Shown here: one piece after another, positions 28,214-37,039 of the stretch
How positions within the stretch are numbered: the first letter of the stretch is position 1
Layout: each line of letters begins with the position of its first letter
DNA from: Escherichia phage vB_EcoM_IME537
Strand: one strand, 5' to 3'
DNA: 64,000 nucleotides
Sequence record: NC_054921.1
Notes under the pieces: generated by a model
Databases searched by the model: none
Seen by the model: only the letters and a program-made list of their open reading frames with translations
Told to the model about the DNA's origin: nothing
Made by a program: the position numbers and the translations under genes

Positions 28214-29178
28214 TGTATTCTTTAGAGGAATTTAATAATCAAGCAATAAACGCAGATTTCCAACGTAATAATATGTTTAGCTGCGTTTTTGCAACAACTC
28301 CATCAACTAAAAGCTCTTCGTTGATAAGTTCAATTAGCAACTTTTCTTATAATAACTTGGGCCTAAATTCAGATTGGTTAGGATTAACTCAAGGCGATAT
28401 TAATCAGGGAATTACTACGCTAATTACTGCTGGCACACAAAAACTGATAAGAAAATCAGGGGTTAGTAAATATCTTATTGGTGCCATGAGTCAACGTACA
28501 GTTCAAAGTTTATTAGGCTCATTTACAGTTGGTACATATTTAATTGACTTCTTTAACATGGCATATAACTCATCTGGATTGATGATATACTCCGTAAAAA
28601 TGCCAGAGAATAGATTATCCTATGAAACTGACTGGAACTATAATTCTCCTAATATTCGTATAACCGGAAGAGAATTAGACCCTTTGGTTATTTCATTTAG
28701 AATGGATTCAGAGTCGTGTAATTATCGTGCAATGCAAGACTGGGTTAACGCTGTTCAAGACCCAGTAACTGGACTGCGTGCTTTGCCACAAGATGTCGAG
28801 GCAGACATTCAGGTTAATCTTCATGCTCGTAATGGATTACCTCATACTGCTGTGATGTTCACCGGATGCATTCCAGTGTCAGTGAGCGCTCCTGAGTTAT
28901 CATACGATGGAGATAACCAAATAACTACATTTGATGTTACTTTTGCGTATAGAGTCATGCAGGCTGGAGCGGTTGATAGACAAGCTGCTCTTGAATGGCT
29001 TGAATCTGCTACTATAAATGGCATTCAAAGCGTTCTCGGAAATAGCGGAGGTGTTACTGGACTATCTAATTCGCTTTCACGACTTAGTAGATTAGGAGGA
29101 ACTGCAGGAAGCATTTCAAACATTAATACTATGACAGGAATTGTCAATTCGCAAAGTAAAATATTAGGAGCAATATAA
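28213..29178 (+). CDS. 54: Baseplate tail tube initiator gp54
   Basis: 321 aa, TAATG coupling to gene 48. Confidence 0.9.
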   Translation: MYSLEEFNNQAINADFQRNNMFSCVFATTPSTKSSSLISSISNFSYNNLGLNSDWLGLTQGDINQGITTLITAGTQKLIRKSGVSKYLIGAMSQRTVQSLLGSFTVGTYLIDFFNMAYNSSGLMIYSVKMPENRLSYETDWNYNSPNIRITGRELDPLVISFRMDSESCNYRAMQDWVNAVQDPVTGLRALPQDVEADIQVNLHARNGLPHTAVMFTGCIPVSVSAPELSYDGDNQITTFDVTFAYRVMQAGAVDRQAALEWLESATINGIQSVLGNSGGVTGLSNSLSRLSRLGGTAGSISNINTMTGIVNSQSKILGAI

Positions 29179-29182
29179 CAAT

Positions 29183-29206
29183 GGGGACCGAAAGGTCCCC
29201 ATATTT
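29183..29206. terminator. Bidirectional terminator GGGGACC-GAAA-GGTCCCC with T-run
   Basis: 7-bp GC stem, GNRA loop, ATATTTTTATTT. Confidence 0.7.
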
Positions 29207-29497
29207 TTATTTACGGAATGAAATAAAAGCAGCAACTGAAGCAACTAAACTGTCTTCAATATAAACTTCAATTTTTACCGGAGCTTCTGACTCAAATTTA
29301 CCTGTTACTACACCTTGGAAAATGCTTTCAGTCTGTTCTGGCTTTGAAAAATTTTCAGAAGGAAAAATTCCAAACTTTTTATCTGTTCCGAAAATTTTGA
29401 TAAATTCATCATAAACCACTTCGTTAAAAGCATTATCAGCAGGAATAACGCCTTCAACTACAAGTTCTTGACCTAAAAAGCGTAAAGAAGATTTCAT
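29207..29497 (-). CDS. Hypothetical early protein (alt.-3-like position) expressed from the early promoter cassette
   Basis: 96 aa, ATG with GAGG RBS inside the conserved leader. Confidence 0.6.
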   Translation of the reverse strand: MKSSLRFLGQELVVEGVIPADNAFNEVVYDEFIKIFGTDKKFGIFPSENFSKPEQTESIFQGVVTGKFESEAPVKIEVYIEDSLVASVAAFISFRK

Positions 29498-29506
29498 TTT
29501 GTGTTC

Positions 29507-29562
29507 CTCATGTTATGTCAGTAAGTCTACTATAACACAACACGAGGGACTTGTAAACTACA
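29507..29562 (-). promoter_or_regulatory. T4 early promoter cassette, copy 1 (-35 GTTTAC, 18-nt spacer, -10 TATAGT, leader with RBS)
   Basis: 52 of 53 nt identical to 43601..43656. Confidence 0.65.
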
Positions 29563-29917
29563 TTTTGAACTTTTTAGTACGCGTAATAGGCATGCGTCGA
29601 TTTTATACTGTTTCATTGTTTGAAGAGCAGTATCAAAACAGCATTAATGACACCAATTGGATTTCCACCCAAGTTTTTAAGCTTAACTAATGATAGTTTC
29701 TCATTAACACCTATCATTACGATATGCATCATTTTGTCGCCTGGTTTAACGTTTTATCTGTATCACCGCCAGAGGTGTATGTACAAAATCTAAATCCAGG
29801 AAGCACGCTTTCTTCGCCGGCTTGAATAGCAAAAATTTGTGGTATTTTATGCTTAGGATTTAAGTTAACAACCGGCGCCGAAGCGCCGTCAAATAATTAT
29901 GTAATAAGTTCCATGAT
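29563..29917 (-). pseudogene. Degenerate duplicate of the 5' ~350 bp of alt (Alt N-terminal ~117 codons) with stops and frameshifts
   Basis: about 75% DNA identity to 31620..31969; translation MELIT*LFDGASAPVVNLNPKHKIPQIF...TYTSGGDTDK...KMMHIV... mirrors the Alt N-terminus. Confidence 0.7.
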
Positions 29918-31969
29918 TTATCCTTGAACGAACTTGTAAGGCATGTTTGCAATATCTATGCAAGACGCAATAATTCCAAGAGATGATTCTACTTTCTGTT
30001 TAACATTTGATGAAACAAATGATGCAAAGTCAACTCTATCTTCTATATCACCTGTCATTGTAACCAATTCACCAGTTTCCATTAAACGGTCACCGTCATA
30101 AATTGCCGATTCGGTGAGTTCTTCTGTAGTCATAACTTCAGCTTGAATAAGCTTGTTGTTAGTTCTAACTGTTCCATCGTTGTAAGATGCATCGGTTATT
30201 TTATTAACTTTGACCATTAATCCACGTGGCAAAATGACTTCCATTTCATTTGAAGGCGCTAAACTTCCACCGGGTAAAACAACATTGACCTTATCAGCCC
30301 CAGTAATAACCCATCCAATTCCGACTAAATTATCGCTAGAATTAACAAGCCCTTCATCAGTTTTATCAATAGAAACACTTAGACGCTTTTCGTCTGGTAA
30401 AACACCTATAGATGAATCAGTCATCCAAGTACCAAAAATATTTGGATATAATGATGTTGACACAAAGTTTCTAAAATAAAAAACTCGATTTTTTACCAAT
30501 GCTTCATATATTGAAGGTAACATTCGTTGCGAACGATATAAAGTAATACCTTTTGGCAATCGATCACCATTTTTAAAGGCTGAATCTAAATTATCGATGG
30601 CTTGTTCTATTTCGGGTGCTGTCAAAATACTTGTACGCTCATCTGGATTATATAATCCCAAAAGAGCATTATTCATGTCTACATATCCTGAACCCACATA
30701 TTCACGAATTCCGCGTTTTTGAGCCGGTGTGTATTTAGATGAATCTTTATTTTCGACTATAGAATGCAATGACCATCCAACGGTAAGAGCATATCCACGT
30801 AATTCTCTTCGAATAATCTTTGTTTTTATTGCATTCCAAGAATTTTGCACTAACTCATTTGCAGCATCTTGATTTAAATGCGAATGCTTGTTAATATTTC
30901 TTTCTAACCAAGCACTTTTATATTTTTCTAAAGTATCATCGACTATAGAAGCAATAGTTTCTAAAGTTTTTATTGAAGTAATAGATTCTTTTCGTAATCT
31001 TTCTAAAGCTTTATTTTTTATTTCTGCATTAACATCAGATTCTTTATCTTCAGGAATTATAGAAGCTTCTCTGAATGCCATTCCAGCTGTAACACTATTA
31101 AGAGCATTCTCTAATGCAAATCCTGAAGTAGAAATAACGGTTAATTCGTTAGCATCAGAAATTAAAGGCGCGTCGGCGGGTTTATTTAATTCTGCTGCTG
31201 AAGCCTCAAATTTTTGAAACATTGGTGTTTCAAATCTAGAAGATTCCAATGACTGACTTTGTGCAATTGCTCTACGGGAAATTTTAACTTTAACTATTAC
31301 AGCTTGGTCAGAACGTTTATCGTTTTCTTGCGCAATAGATGCTGCAATTGCTTCATTTTTAGTTACTTGAACCCCAGTATCTTTATTGATATAAACATCG
31401 CCGACCTTCGATTCAACTTTAGTAAAGAGCTCGGTACTAATTTCCGGAACTCCTGGAATGTCTTCTAGTGATACATTTTTGCGATGTATAAGAATATATG
31501 CATACTTTTTATCGTAATCCCAGAGTTCCTTAAGAAGGACGTATCTGCCACCTGAACGACTACGGATAAGTCTATCAGCAATAACTTGAATTTGTCGAGC
31601 TTGACCAGCAGTTTTAGACTTAAGAATACGAAGCATACAAGCATCAATTTTATACTGACGCATCGTTTGCATTGCAACAGTAAAAACTGAATTGATGTAA
31701 TTAATTGGACTTGGACCGAGACCTTTTAATTTAGCAATTGAACCCTTAGCAGTTAATGTAAAAGGAACAATATGCATCATTTTATCGCCCATCTTTAAAT
31801 CACGATTAGTATCACCTCCAGATGTATAGGTACATAAACGAAAGCCTGGTTGTTCAATTGCGTCATCAACATGAACTGAAAAAATTTGCGGTATTTTCTT
31901 CTTTGGATTTAAGTTTGTAATTGGAAGAGTAGTATCTTCGTCAAATAATTCTGTAATTAGTTCCATCAT
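29918..31969 (-). CDS. alt: Alt, head-packaged ADP-ribosyltransferase
   Basis: 683 aa, MMELITELFDED...; synteny between gene 54 and gene 30. Confidence 0.9.
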   Translation of the reverse strand: MMELITELFDEDTTLPITNLNPKKKIPQIFSVHVDDAIEQPGFRLCTYTSGGDTNRDLKMGDKMMHIVPFTLTAKGSIAKLKGLGPSPINYINSVFTVAMQTMRQYKIDACMLRILKSKTAGQARQIQVIADRLIRSRSGGRYVLLKELWDYDKKYAYILIHRKNVSLEDIPGVPEISTELFTKVESKVGDVYINKDTGVQVTKNEAIAASIAQENDKRSDQAVIVKVKISRRAIAQSQSLESSRFETPMFQKFEASAAELNKPADAPLISDANELTVISTSGFALENALNSVTAGMAFREASIIPEDKESDVNAEIKNKALERLRKESITSIKTLETIASIVDDTLEKYKSAWLERNINKHSHLNQDAANELVQNSWNAIKTKIIRRELRGYALTVGWSLHSIVENKDSSKYTPAQKRGIREYVGSGYVDMNNALLGLYNPDERTSILTAPEIEQAIDNLDSAFKNGDRLPKGITLYRSQRMLPSIYEALVKNRVFYFRNFVSTSLYPNIFGTWMTDSSIGVLPDEKRLSVSIDKTDEGLVNSSDNLVGIGWVITGADKVNVVLPGGSLAPSNEMEVILPRGLMVKVNKITDASYNDGTVRTNNKLIQAEVMTTEELTESAIYDGDRLMETGELVTMTGDIEDRVDFASFVSSNVKQKVESSLGIIASCIDIANMPYKFVQG

Positions 31970-31989
31970 ATCCTCTCTAGTGTTTATTC

Positions 31990-31997
31990 TATTTATA
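31990..31997 (-). promoter_or_regulatory. Late promoter TATAAATA for alt
   Basis: - strand TATAAATA about 20 nt upstream of the alt ATG. Confidence 0.5.
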
Positions 31998-32002
31998 AAA
32001 TT

Positions 32003-32020
32003 AAAGGCCCGAAGGCCTTT
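32003..32020 (-). terminator. Hairpin AAAGGCC-TTCG-GGCCTTT
   Basis: 7-bp stem with tetraloop, downstream of the 62-aa ORF. Confidence 0.45.
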
Positions 32021-32207
32021 AATAATCTAACGGTAAGAGAGTACGATATATTTCAAACTTTGGACCTTTTTCATAGGCATCAAATGTTTCTGTGAATTTA
32101 TTATAAGCATATGCATCTACAAATTCGAGAATGACTTGTGATACAGAAGTAGAAACATCTCCACCTTCTTTTTGAGCAATGACAATTGTTTCTAAGTAAG
32201 CTTTCAT
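32019..32207 (-). CDS. Small hypothetical protein, coupled (ATGA) to the gene 30 stop
   Basis: 62 aa, ATG overlapping the ligase stop. Confidence 0.5.
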   Translation of the reverse strand: MKAYLETIVIAQKEGGDVSTSVSQVILEFVDAYAYNKFTETFDAYEKGPKFEIYRTLLPLDY

Positions 32208-33667
32208 AGACTAGTTACCTCATGAAAATCGCCAAATACATCTTCGAACGTATTAGCTTTAGTTTTATCTTCGCGTAAACGAATCGCAATCGGAAGAAAT
32301 AATTTAACGTAATCAGTGCGGCCATCAGATTTTAACCAACCGTTGCATTCGCACTCTAGAATTTTTCCAATATAATAATTTTGGTTTTCCATAATGCGAG
32401 TACGGTCAAGTTCATGCGATTTTACACCGGCTTTATCTTTTAAGCCTGAACCAGCATTTACCTTAATTTTTCCACACTCTGACTCAAGAATAAATCCACC
32501 TGCTTTAGTAGGGTCTTTACGGTGAGGATAAATTCCTACAATTTTTAAATCAACATCAATTACTTCTTTAAATTTATAGAGATTTTTTGAACGAGCATTT
32601 TCCCATAATCCATCGATATTTTTGAGAATAATACCTTCAAGACCTTGGTCAATATACTTTTTATAAATTACCTTAGCTTCATCTAGGTTATTTACTACCT
32701 GGTTTTCAATTAAAATTACTTTATCATATCCTGATGTCATTTGTTCTAGTTTAGAAAAACGTACATCATATTTCAAACGAAATGCAGGAAGACCGTATAT
32801 TTCTACCAACGGAACATAATCCCAGACCTGAAACTTCATACATTGGGCTTCTTTTTCAGAAATGGTTCCCTTTAAAGATTTATTGGCGATTCCATTAGAA
32901 GTAGTACGTGATTCAGCTACTTCGGCGAATTCTTTGGCTTTACTAATTTCAGGATAAGCATCAAAAAGAAAATCTAGTCCTTCTGGTTCCTTTTTAACTT
33001 GCTCATGGTATACCAATTCGCCATCAATTAACACACCTTCTGGATGAATCTGGCGGGCTTCAGCAGTCATTTTGATTAACTCTTCCTTAAGAAGATCTAA
33101 TCCTAGATATTCATTACCAGCTCGCGATAAAAGACGAACATCATCTAATTCATCGCCTCGGACTTCAGCAAAGCACCGAGCCCCATCAGCTTTTAACTGG
33201 GCAAAGGCTGGAAATTTGATATTCTTATTAATGCCTTTTTCATCATAAGAACTTGCAAGCATTTGAGGTTGTTCAGGAATTAAACCTGGCCAAACTTTGT
33301 TTGCAATAGATACTGAAGCACCGCATTCAAGGTCTCGCATCATCACTCGACGCAAAACTTCAACATCATCTTTTTTACCATCGGTGATATATCCAGTTAA
33401 TTCCTCAATTGCTGCATTTCCAGTCAATTTCCGAGTAGCTAATGTGAATTCAATGAAGTCAAGCATATCGGTAAGAGTCAACATTCCAAAACTCTGGGTA
33501 GCAATACCAGGTTTAGGCCATTTCTTGATATAATACTGTAACCCACGAGAATAAGTCAGACGATATACTCGTTTAAGCAATTCATTATCTTTATTCTTTT
33601 CAAGAATTGCTTGCTTCTGCTTAGTTGAACCAATAGATGCTATTTCGTTCAGAATTTTAAGAATCAT
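32204..33667 (-). CDS. 30: ATP-dependent DNA ligase gp30
   Basis: 487 aa; adenylation motif KADGAR. Confidence 0.95.
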   Translation of the reverse strand: MILKILNEIASIGSTKQKQAILEKNKDNELLKRVYRLTYSRGLQYYIKKWPKPGIATQSFGMLTLTDMLDFIEFTLATRKLTGNAAIEELTGYITDGKKDDVEVLRRVMMRDLECGASVSIANKVWPGLIPEQPQMLASSYDEKGINKNIKFPAFAQLKADGARCFAEVRGDELDDVRLLSRAGNEYLGLDLLKEELIKMTAEARQIHPEGVLIDGELVYHEQVKKEPEGLDFLFDAYPEISKAKEFAEVAESRTTSNGIANKSLKGTISEKEAQCMKFQVWDYVPLVEIYGLPAFRLKYDVRFSKLEQMTSGYDKVILIENQVVNNLDEAKVIYKKYIDQGLEGIILKNIDGLWENARSKNLYKFKEVIDVDLKIVGIYPHRKDPTKAGGFILESECGKIKVNAGSGLKDKAGVKSHELDRTRIMENQNYYIGKILECECNGWLKSDGRTDYVKLFLPIAIRLREDKTKANTFEDVFGDFHEVTSL

Positions 33668-33933
33668 TGTTCATCCTTTAGAGTTTGGTTTACAGCTCTA
33701 TTATAAATCAATTCATCATTAAGCTCAGTCAAAGACCTGTGGTACGTGGTTCTAACTTTATTTCCTTGCATCCAGTGCTTGACGTAAATGAAACCTTGCT
33801 CTACACATTTTTTAAAAATTCGTTCGTCTTTTTGAGCTCGGAATTCTGGATTGCATCTAAAAAATTGATTTACGTGACCGTAATCACGTGTAGTATTACC
33901 TTCATTTTCATAAATAGTATGAACAACAAACAT
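33664..33933 (-). CDS. Hypothetical protein (30.1 position)
   Basis: 89 aa, ATGA coupling. Confidence 0.6.
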   Translation of the reverse strand: MFVVHTIYENEGNTTRDYGHVNQFFRCNPEFRAQKDERIFKKCVEQGFIYVKHWMQGNKVRTTYHRSLTELNDELIYNRAVNQTLKDEQ

Positions 33934-34772
33934 TAGAATGCTCCTTGGAAAATATTATCACCACAAGTAGGTCTATTATACAAATACTCTATACCGCCGG
34001 GTTTAATATAGTTCCATGTCTGAAACGGATGCGTCTGATATGGATGATATAGATGATTATAAGGATTAAATCCAGGAGTTCTCCAGGTAGTGTTCCAAGG
34101 AAAAGAATCGTTTTTAATCATCTTTTCAATTACATCTTTTATAGCTTTTTCACTATCAAAACTTTCTTTATTTTCCTTTGGTGAAAAAAGCTTATTCTCT
34201 ACATCGTTCCATGTATAAACTCGCTGAGCAGTTTTTGGAATATTATCACGCTCTCCTCGAGCCATCCAATAAACCGGAACATTTAATATTTCACTCGCGT
34301 GGTCGCAGTGGTGAGCGAGATCGTCAATATAACAAATTACGTTATATTTCTCTTTTGCCTTTTTGAACAACTCTTCTTTTGAAGAATCATGACCACACAT
34401 CATTACTTCTGAGAAGGCACCAGGAAAAAGAGCATTCAAATTAAATTGACGATTCAACAGAGCGTCAATAGAATCGCCCAATGCTGTAACAGCTACAAAA
34501 TTATAATCTTCTTTTAATTTGTTAATTACACACAGGGCATCTTTATACGGAGACAAGTAACGAATAAAATCTGAACGATTGTATTTTTCAATTAACTTGA
34601 CGCCAAGTTCTTCGTCACAATTAAAGAGTTTACCTGGAGAAATAAATTTCTCATCTTGGATCATTTTTAAAATATGTTCTAATGGAAGATTATATTTCTG
34701 AGCAAAATAAGGAAGGCCTGATTGCCAGCTTAAACATACTCCATCAATATCAGTTAAAATAGTAGGCTTCAT
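33933..34772 (-). CDS. HAD-superfamily hydrolase-like protein (30.2 position)
   Basis: 279 aa; N-terminal DIDGV (HAD motif I). Confidence 0.6.
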   Translation of the reverse strand: MKPTILTDIDGVCLSWQSGLPYFAQKYNLPLEHILKMIQDEKFISPGKLFNCDEELGVKLIEKYNRSDFIRYLSPYKDALCVINKLKEDYNFVAVTALGDSIDALLNRQFNLNALFPGAFSEVMMCGHDSSKEELFKKAKEKYNVICYIDDLAHHCDHASEILNVPVYWMARGERDNIPKTAQRVYTWNDVENKLFSPKENKESFDSEKAIKDVIEKMIKNDSFPWNTTWRTPGFNPYNHLYHPYQTHPFQTWNYIKPGGIEYLYNRPTCGDNIFQGAF

Positions 34773-35233
34773 AGAGAGTCTCTTAATAGGTTTAACACAT
34801 CAATAAATTCAGCTTCGGTTAGTATTGTATCATCTTTTGTTAGACCACTAGCCATGCTGTGCTTCAAAACTTTTCCTTTCGAGGCTTGTAATGCATCACG
34901 AAAGCCCTTGTTTTGGATCGCTGCTTCAAAATATGCATTTGTGTATAATTCTTTCCACGCCGGGGAGTATCTTGAAAATGGAACTCCAAGCCAGAACAAC
35001 GTGCCACGGTCCTGAGCTCTAGCATAAGACCTTCCAGCTTGTTGGGCGGCAAGCCCGGATAACCCAAATATACGACGTTGTTGTTCAACATTTTTCACCT
35101 TGCACCCTTGGAGAAATCCTTCAAGACCTCCAAATTGGATACCATCCATAACAAAAGGCCATTGAGCGAAATTACTTAATGCACATGATGGCCATCTAAA
35201 ATTGCTTCTAATCTCTAACTCAGACATTTTCAA
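34769..35233 (-). CDS. NADAR/YbiA-family protein (30.3 position)
   Basis: 154 aa; LSNFAQWPFVMDG...EGFLQGCK matches the YbiA signature FSNFAAWP..VDG...SEHYFQAQK. Confidence 0.65.
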   Translation of the reverse strand: MKMSELEIRSNFRWPSCALSNFAQWPFVMDGIQFGGLEGFLQGCKVKNVEQQRRIFGLSGLAAQQAGRSYARAQDRGTLFWLGVPFSRYSPAWKELYTNAYFEAAIQNKGFRDALQASKGKVLKHSMASGLTKDDTILTEAEFIDVLNLLRDSL

Positions 35234-35426
35234 TGCTTATAATTTCAACATCAGCCCAATGACCATAGCAAGGAAGACGAAATTCAACTGGCCAGTTAGG
35301 GTCCTTTTCTAATATAATAGACTCAACTCGTGGTTCTTCATGTTCATCAGTATATGGATTTTTATCTGTTACTTTATATGTGACCTTAATGTACTGAATT
35401 CCAAAAATCTTATTAATTATATTCAT
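35220..35426 (-). CDS. Hypothetical protein (30.x block)
   Basis: 68 aa, coupled. Confidence 0.5.
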   Translation of the reverse strand: MNIINKIFGIQYIKVTYKVTDKNPYTDEHEEPRVESIILEKDPNWPVEFRLPCYGHWADVEIISIENV

Positions 35427-35620
35427 ACTAATTCCTTTAATCCGTAAATAGGAGATAATTCATCACCCATGCGAAGGTCTTCATTTCCATCTACCCAGGA
35501 AACAATATAAGCCTCTTTTATTTGAATACCACTCCATTTAAATGGAGGTAGAACCTTAGAAATTAATCCAGGTATACCAACTCCCTTTAATTCAACAGTT
35601 TGACCTAAAAAGAATTTCAT
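35423..35620 (-). CDS. Hypothetical protein (30.x block)
   Basis: 65 aa, ATGA coupling. Confidence 0.5.
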   Translation of the reverse strand: MKFFLGQTVELKGVGIPGLISKVLPPFKWSGIQIKEAYIVSWVDGNEDLRMGDELSPIYGLKELV

Positions 35621-35907
35621 TAAAACCTCATCTGAAAACCATGCGATTTAACATTACCGCCGCCAATATCAGAAATGTTAATTTCACGCGCAATTGAAGG
35701 GTCAATGTCAATTTCGCGATTGAGTTTAGTGATAGCTAAAGTATCGCGGCCATTTACAGTACGGAACTCTAAAGGGCAGACTACATTAACATAGTTTTTA
35801 ATCGATTCACTAGTAGGCTGCAAATGAGCAGGAAGGTCTTTAGGTGCCTTAGAGAAAACCACTTCACAGAAATTTTTGCGGGTATCAAAATAAGTAGTCA
35901 TAAACAT
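35620..35907 (-). CDS. Hypothetical protein (30.x block)
   Basis: 95 aa. Confidence 0.5.
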   Translation of the reverse strand: MFMTTYFDTRKNFCEVVFSKAPKDLPAHLQPTSESIKNYVNVVCPLEFRTVNGRDTLAITKLNREIDIDPSIAREINISDIGGGNVKSHGFQMRF

Positions 35908-35924
35908 AGTATTTTCCTCAGTAA

Positions 35925-35938
35925 GGGGCCGAAGCCCC
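35925..35938 (-). terminator. Intergenic hairpin GGGGC-TTCG-GCCCC (no T-run; probable RNA stabiliser or processing site)
   Basis: 5-bp stem with UUCG loop. Confidence 0.35.
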
Positions 35939-35948
35939 TCATTTTATT

Positions 35949-36314
35949 TTAAATATCAAATTCGTTAAGAACTACATCAAAGATTGCTTCAAGATGCTCA
36001 GGTTTAGCTCTGTTACTCAGAATATGACGAATCCAAGTTTTAACCAGAAGCTTGCGATTAACGCCATTCCAGCAAGGATGAGTCCCTAAATCGCGTTGAC
36101 GAAAATCATCATCCAATGCGATTTTAAAAGAAGAACCTTCTTTCGTGATTGAAACCGTGATGCCATTTTCAAATCGCATATAAACGTAGTTAGGAGTCAT
36201 ATACTGTTCAATTTCGCATACTGATCCATTTTGATGTTTCCAAAGGCAGATAGTATCAATAGAACCTGCAATACCGTTAGAAACATATTTACGTTCAAAG
36301 TTGATGTAATTCAT
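35949..36314 (-). CDS. Hypothetical protein (30.x block)
   Basis: 121 aa. Confidence 0.55.
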   Translation of the reverse strand: MNYINFERKYVSNGIAGSIDTICLWKHQNGSVCEIEQYMTPNYVYMRFENGITVSITKEGSSFKIALDDDFRQRDLGTHPCWNGVNRKLLVKTWIRHILSNRAKPEHLEAIFDVVLNEFDI

Positions 36315-36340
36315 TTTTATTCTCCGAGATGTTTAATTGC

Positions 36341-36380
36341 GGTACAGGTATATAATATCATATCCTGTACCAAAGTAAAC
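36341..36380 (-). promoter_or_regulatory. Early promoter (-35 GTTTAC) whose -10 region lies in the loop of an 8-bp inverted repeat GGTACAGG/CCTGTACC
   Basis: seen directly; upstream of the ORF starting at 36314. Confidence 0.5.
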
Positions 36381-36384
36381 TATT

Positions 36385-36753
36385 TTATGCAACTTTAATC
36401 CAATTATCTAAATTTAATTCACCTTTGGCTTTCATTTTTTCAATCAAGAGGTCAGCGGTAATACGACCATTTTGATACCACGTAACATCTTCAGAGTAAC
36501 CAGTTTCTTTATCTTCATAAGTCTCACAGCGAATTTTACCAAGAATCAAAGTTTTTAATTCGTATGTATCTCCAGTAAAAAAGTTAGTTAACATTATTTT
36601 CCAAGAGAAATCATCAGAAGGACCTTCAGGAGTCATACAATCTACGAATTCAAATTGTTCTTTATATAAATGCCACTGAAGTTCTTTAGTTTCAATAGCT
36701 TTATAGCCGTCGTGATCTTTACCTTTGATGTATGAGTTAAGATTGATTTTCAT
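36385..36753 (-). CDS. Hypothetical protein (30.x block)
   Basis: 122 aa. Confidence 0.55.
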   Translation of the reverse strand: MKINLNSYIKGKDHDGYKAIETKELQWHLYKEQFEFVDCMTPEGPSDDFSWKIMLTNFFTGDTYELKTLILGKIRCETYEDKETGYSEDVTWYQNGRITADLLIEKMKAKGELNLDNWIKVA

Positions 36754-36780
36754 TTTATTCTCCTTTGTTTGTGTAAGATA

Positions 36781-36810
36781 ATACTATCACAAAGGAACCA
36801 TACTGTAAAC
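36781..36810 (-). promoter_or_regulatory. Early promoter (-35 GTTTAC, 18-nt spacer, -10 TAGTAT)
   Basis: same architecture as the alc cassette; imperfect inverted repeat around the -10. Confidence 0.4.
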
Positions 36811-36828
36811 AACTTTGTGCAATCTTTG

Positions 36829-36860
36829 GAAAATAAAAAGGACTCCCGAAGGAGTCCTTA
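36829..36860 (-). terminator. Strong terminator AAGGACTCC-TTCG-GGAGTCCTT plus T-run
   Basis: 9-bp stem, tetraloop, TTTATTTTCC. Confidence 0.7.
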
Positions 36861-36862
36861 AC

Positions 36863-37039
36863 TTATGCTTTCTGCTTACCAAAACGAGAAGCATCATCTC
36901 GAAGAACCGCACGTGCTCGGCGCATGATCTTCTCAACAGTTTGATTGATACGAGAGTTCGACCCACGCTTGTAACCAGCGCGTTTAGAATCACCGACTTT
37001 CTTTTCAACTGCTTTCTTTGCTTTAGCTTGTTTTGCCAT
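36863..37039 (-). CDS. Small very basic protein (30.9 position)
   Basis: 58 aa from ATG 37039 (MAKQAKAKKAVEKK...); the ORF-track start at 37081 is non-ATG. Confidence 0.55.
   Translation of the reverse strand: MAKQAKAKKAVEKKVGDSKRAGYKRGSNSRINQTVEKIMRRARAVLRDDASRFGKQKA

Noticed and set aside
30210-31468. + strand ORFs opposite alt (30210..30479, 30888..31217, 31259..31468)
   Set aside because: Antisense to a continuous 683-aa conserved CDS.
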